A DNA stretch of 56,547 nt from an uncultured virus (IMG/VR IMGVR_UViG_3300037067_004615) (taxonomy: Duplodnaviria > Heunggongvirae > Uroviricota > Caudoviricetes). Made by a program: the position numbers and the translations under genes. Positions 54,915 through 56,547 of this stretch are shown piece by piece; the stretch's first letter is position 1; every line of letters starts with the position of its first letter. The stretch lies in the IMG/VR virus record IMGVR_UViG_3300037067_004615, one strand, 5' to 3'. The notes below the pieces were generated by a model. The model did no database searches. It was not told where the DNA came from and saw nothing but the letters and a program-made list of their open reading frames with translations.

Positions 54915-56387
54915 TTACTCTTGAACTTCTATTGATTTACTTTCATATACTTTAGTTAATAAATCTTGTCCGTTGCTAGGGAACTCATCGAATTGTCGGT
55001 TCGTAGTATGCAATTCTTTAGATAAAATTACGTCGTTAAACGATGATAGCTTAGGGTTGCTCTGTATTGCTAACATCATGTCCTCAAACGAATGATTTTC
55101 GGGATGTTTGCTACCAGTGTATGCATGTCCGATTGAAAGTGTTAAACTATTTACTAATTCACTTTTCCAACTACCTATTTTACCATCATCATCTAATGTA
55201 AATTGATTAGTTGAAAGAAACCCATCAACAATAATCGAAATGATACTGTCCCATATTCCTAAATCGTCAATCTTTTTTGCAACTTTTAAAGAGCAAAGAC
55301 TTGTTGCCATGACAGAATACGCCGGATTAAAATGTTCGCCATACTTTTCGCCATAAATTTGTCCGAACATACCGATCAAACCGTTTGCGATTGACTTACT
55401 TATGTCAGATATTAAGCTATTACCTTGCAACCTTTGCTGATATAGGTCGTCCATAATTTTTTGAAAGGGTTTGAAGTCTGAATTATACTTTAACATCCAA
55501 CCATCAATCGGTTCAAAGGTTCCTTTGTTAGAAGTTTTTAAGTAGGCCCATTGGTGAGTCGTAAGAAAATCGAGTTTACGACCTTTATATGGTTGTTTGT
55601 TTTCGTCAACGATAGGACTTTTATCGGAAGAAACCGTAACGTATCCTTTAAATACTCCAAAGTCACAAGGTTGATAGGTTTTAGAGTGCCATATCTTACA
55701 ATCGCTTAAATCACCGAAATTTCTAACTAATGATGGATAAGCTGCCCGAATATCGCAGTCAGTTGCTTTATGGTCGCCTTGCCAGCAACCAACTTTATAG
55801 ACGACACGTAGCTCTCGTGCAAGTAATGGCATAAGATACTCTGTCATATCAATCAATGCATCGGGGCAATCACGTATACCAGGGATGAACTCATCTTTTA
55901 GTTTGCTCTTATTGAAAATATTAATTGCACTTGCTAAGGTATCAGTATCACCCATACCCATAGTGTCTAATGCTTTTAAAAGCTCAACGCCTTTATTATA
56001 AATGTCAATTGCATCTTTCGGTTTATAGTTCGGGAAATATCTGTTAAGATTAAATACATCTGACTCTATCTTTGATGATACGCCGTTTAATTTAGTTTCT
56101 TTACCAATGCAAAGTCGTTTACCTTGTGAACTGAATAATTTATAACGTGTTCCTTTGCCACACCACACTTTATCAGTTTCAATTAAGGACTTATATTCCT
56201 GTTCGTTAATTAATTTGCGGATTACATCTAATAGGGCGAAAAGGTTCCATACGGTTACTAATTGTTCGTTCGGTTTATTAGTTATGCAAAAATCTAATAC
56301 ATGTTCTAGTGAATCACATGGCGTACTTTGGCCTAGATTATTTATAAGATAATCGTCTTTTATATCGATTGCAATTATATCTCTCAT
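54915..56387 (-). CDS. divergent family B DNA polymerase
   Basis: Motif A DCDIRAAYPS, motif B KSIANGLIGMFG, motif C-like SIIVDGF; degenerate exonuclease region. Confidence 0.7.
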   Translation of the reverse strand: MRDIIAIDIKDDYLINNLGQSTPCDSLEHVLDFCITNKPNEQLVTVWNLFALLDVIRKLINEQEYKSLIETDKVWCGKGTRYKLFSSQGKRLCIGKETKLNGVSSKIESDVFNLNRYFPNYKPKDAIDIYNKGVELLKALDTMGMGDTDTLASAINIFNKSKLKDEFIPGIRDCPDALIDMTEYLMPLLARELRVVYKVGCWQGDHKATDCDIRAAYPSLVRNFGDLSDCKIWHSKTYQPCDFGVFKGYVTVSSDKSPIVDENKQPYKGRKLDFLTTHQWAYLKTSNKGTFEPIDGWMLKYNSDFKPFQKIMDDLYQQRLQGNSLISDISKSIANGLIGMFGQIYGEKYGEHFNPAYSVMATSLCSLKVAKKIDDLGIWDSIISIIVDGFLSTNQFTLDDDGKIGSWKSELVNSLTLSIGHAYTGSKHPENHSFEDMMLAIQSNPKLSSFNDVILSKELHTTNRQFDEFPSNGQDLLTKVYESKSIEVQE

Positions 56388-56547
56388 TTATTCCCCTACT
56401 TGTTGTTGTCTTGCGAGTTTTGCTTTTTGTCTTGACTTTAAACTACTAGCTCGTCCGGTTGGTGTTTTCTTCCATTCGGCACTTTTCTTCCGTTCTTTGG
56501 CAACATTCCACGGATTTTTTGAGTGGTGCGATTTTTTATCCTTATAC

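Noticed and set aside
1..56547. tRNA or rRNA genes; archaeal host
   Set aside because: No cloverleaf or rRNA-like tract noticed by eye; ten -35/-10 promoters argue for a bacterial host
56388..56547. Partial gene upstream of the polymerase
   Set aside because: Could not establish one continuous frame to the window edge with confidence

Overview
AT-rich, gene-dense viral or virus-like element in two convergent arms that meet at a hairpin terminator near 46,050. The + arm (1-46,028) encodes many membrane-anchored or secreted beta-rich proteins, a 2,989-aa multidomain (polyvalent-like) protein, a Zot/pI-like P-loop ATPase, a lipid-linked glycosylation set (GtrA, GT2, three GT-C enzymes) with sugar-tailoring enzymes (two B12 radical SAMs, a SPASM-type radical SAM, a ThDP enzyme, an aminotransferase, an HddA-like kinase, a HAD-GmhA fusion), a free-standing Vsr-like homing endonuclease and a block of very basic small proteins. 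The - arm (46,067-56,547) holds a degenerate family B DNA polymerase, class II RNR, APRT, an HTH regulator and many small early-type genes. Ten sigma70-type promoters indicate a bacterial host. I recognised no terminase, portal, HK97 capsid, tail or endolysin, so my inference is a non-tailed, membrane-extruded virus, possibly spindle- or pleolipovirus-like; the window is partial and those genes could lie outside it. The most unusual direct observation is about 11 copies of AAGGATGGTAA(A/G)TAATG at gene junctions in 49.6-52.8 kb, which makes eight unrelated proteins end in KDGK or a one-residue variant. All family calls are by eye; no database searches were run.
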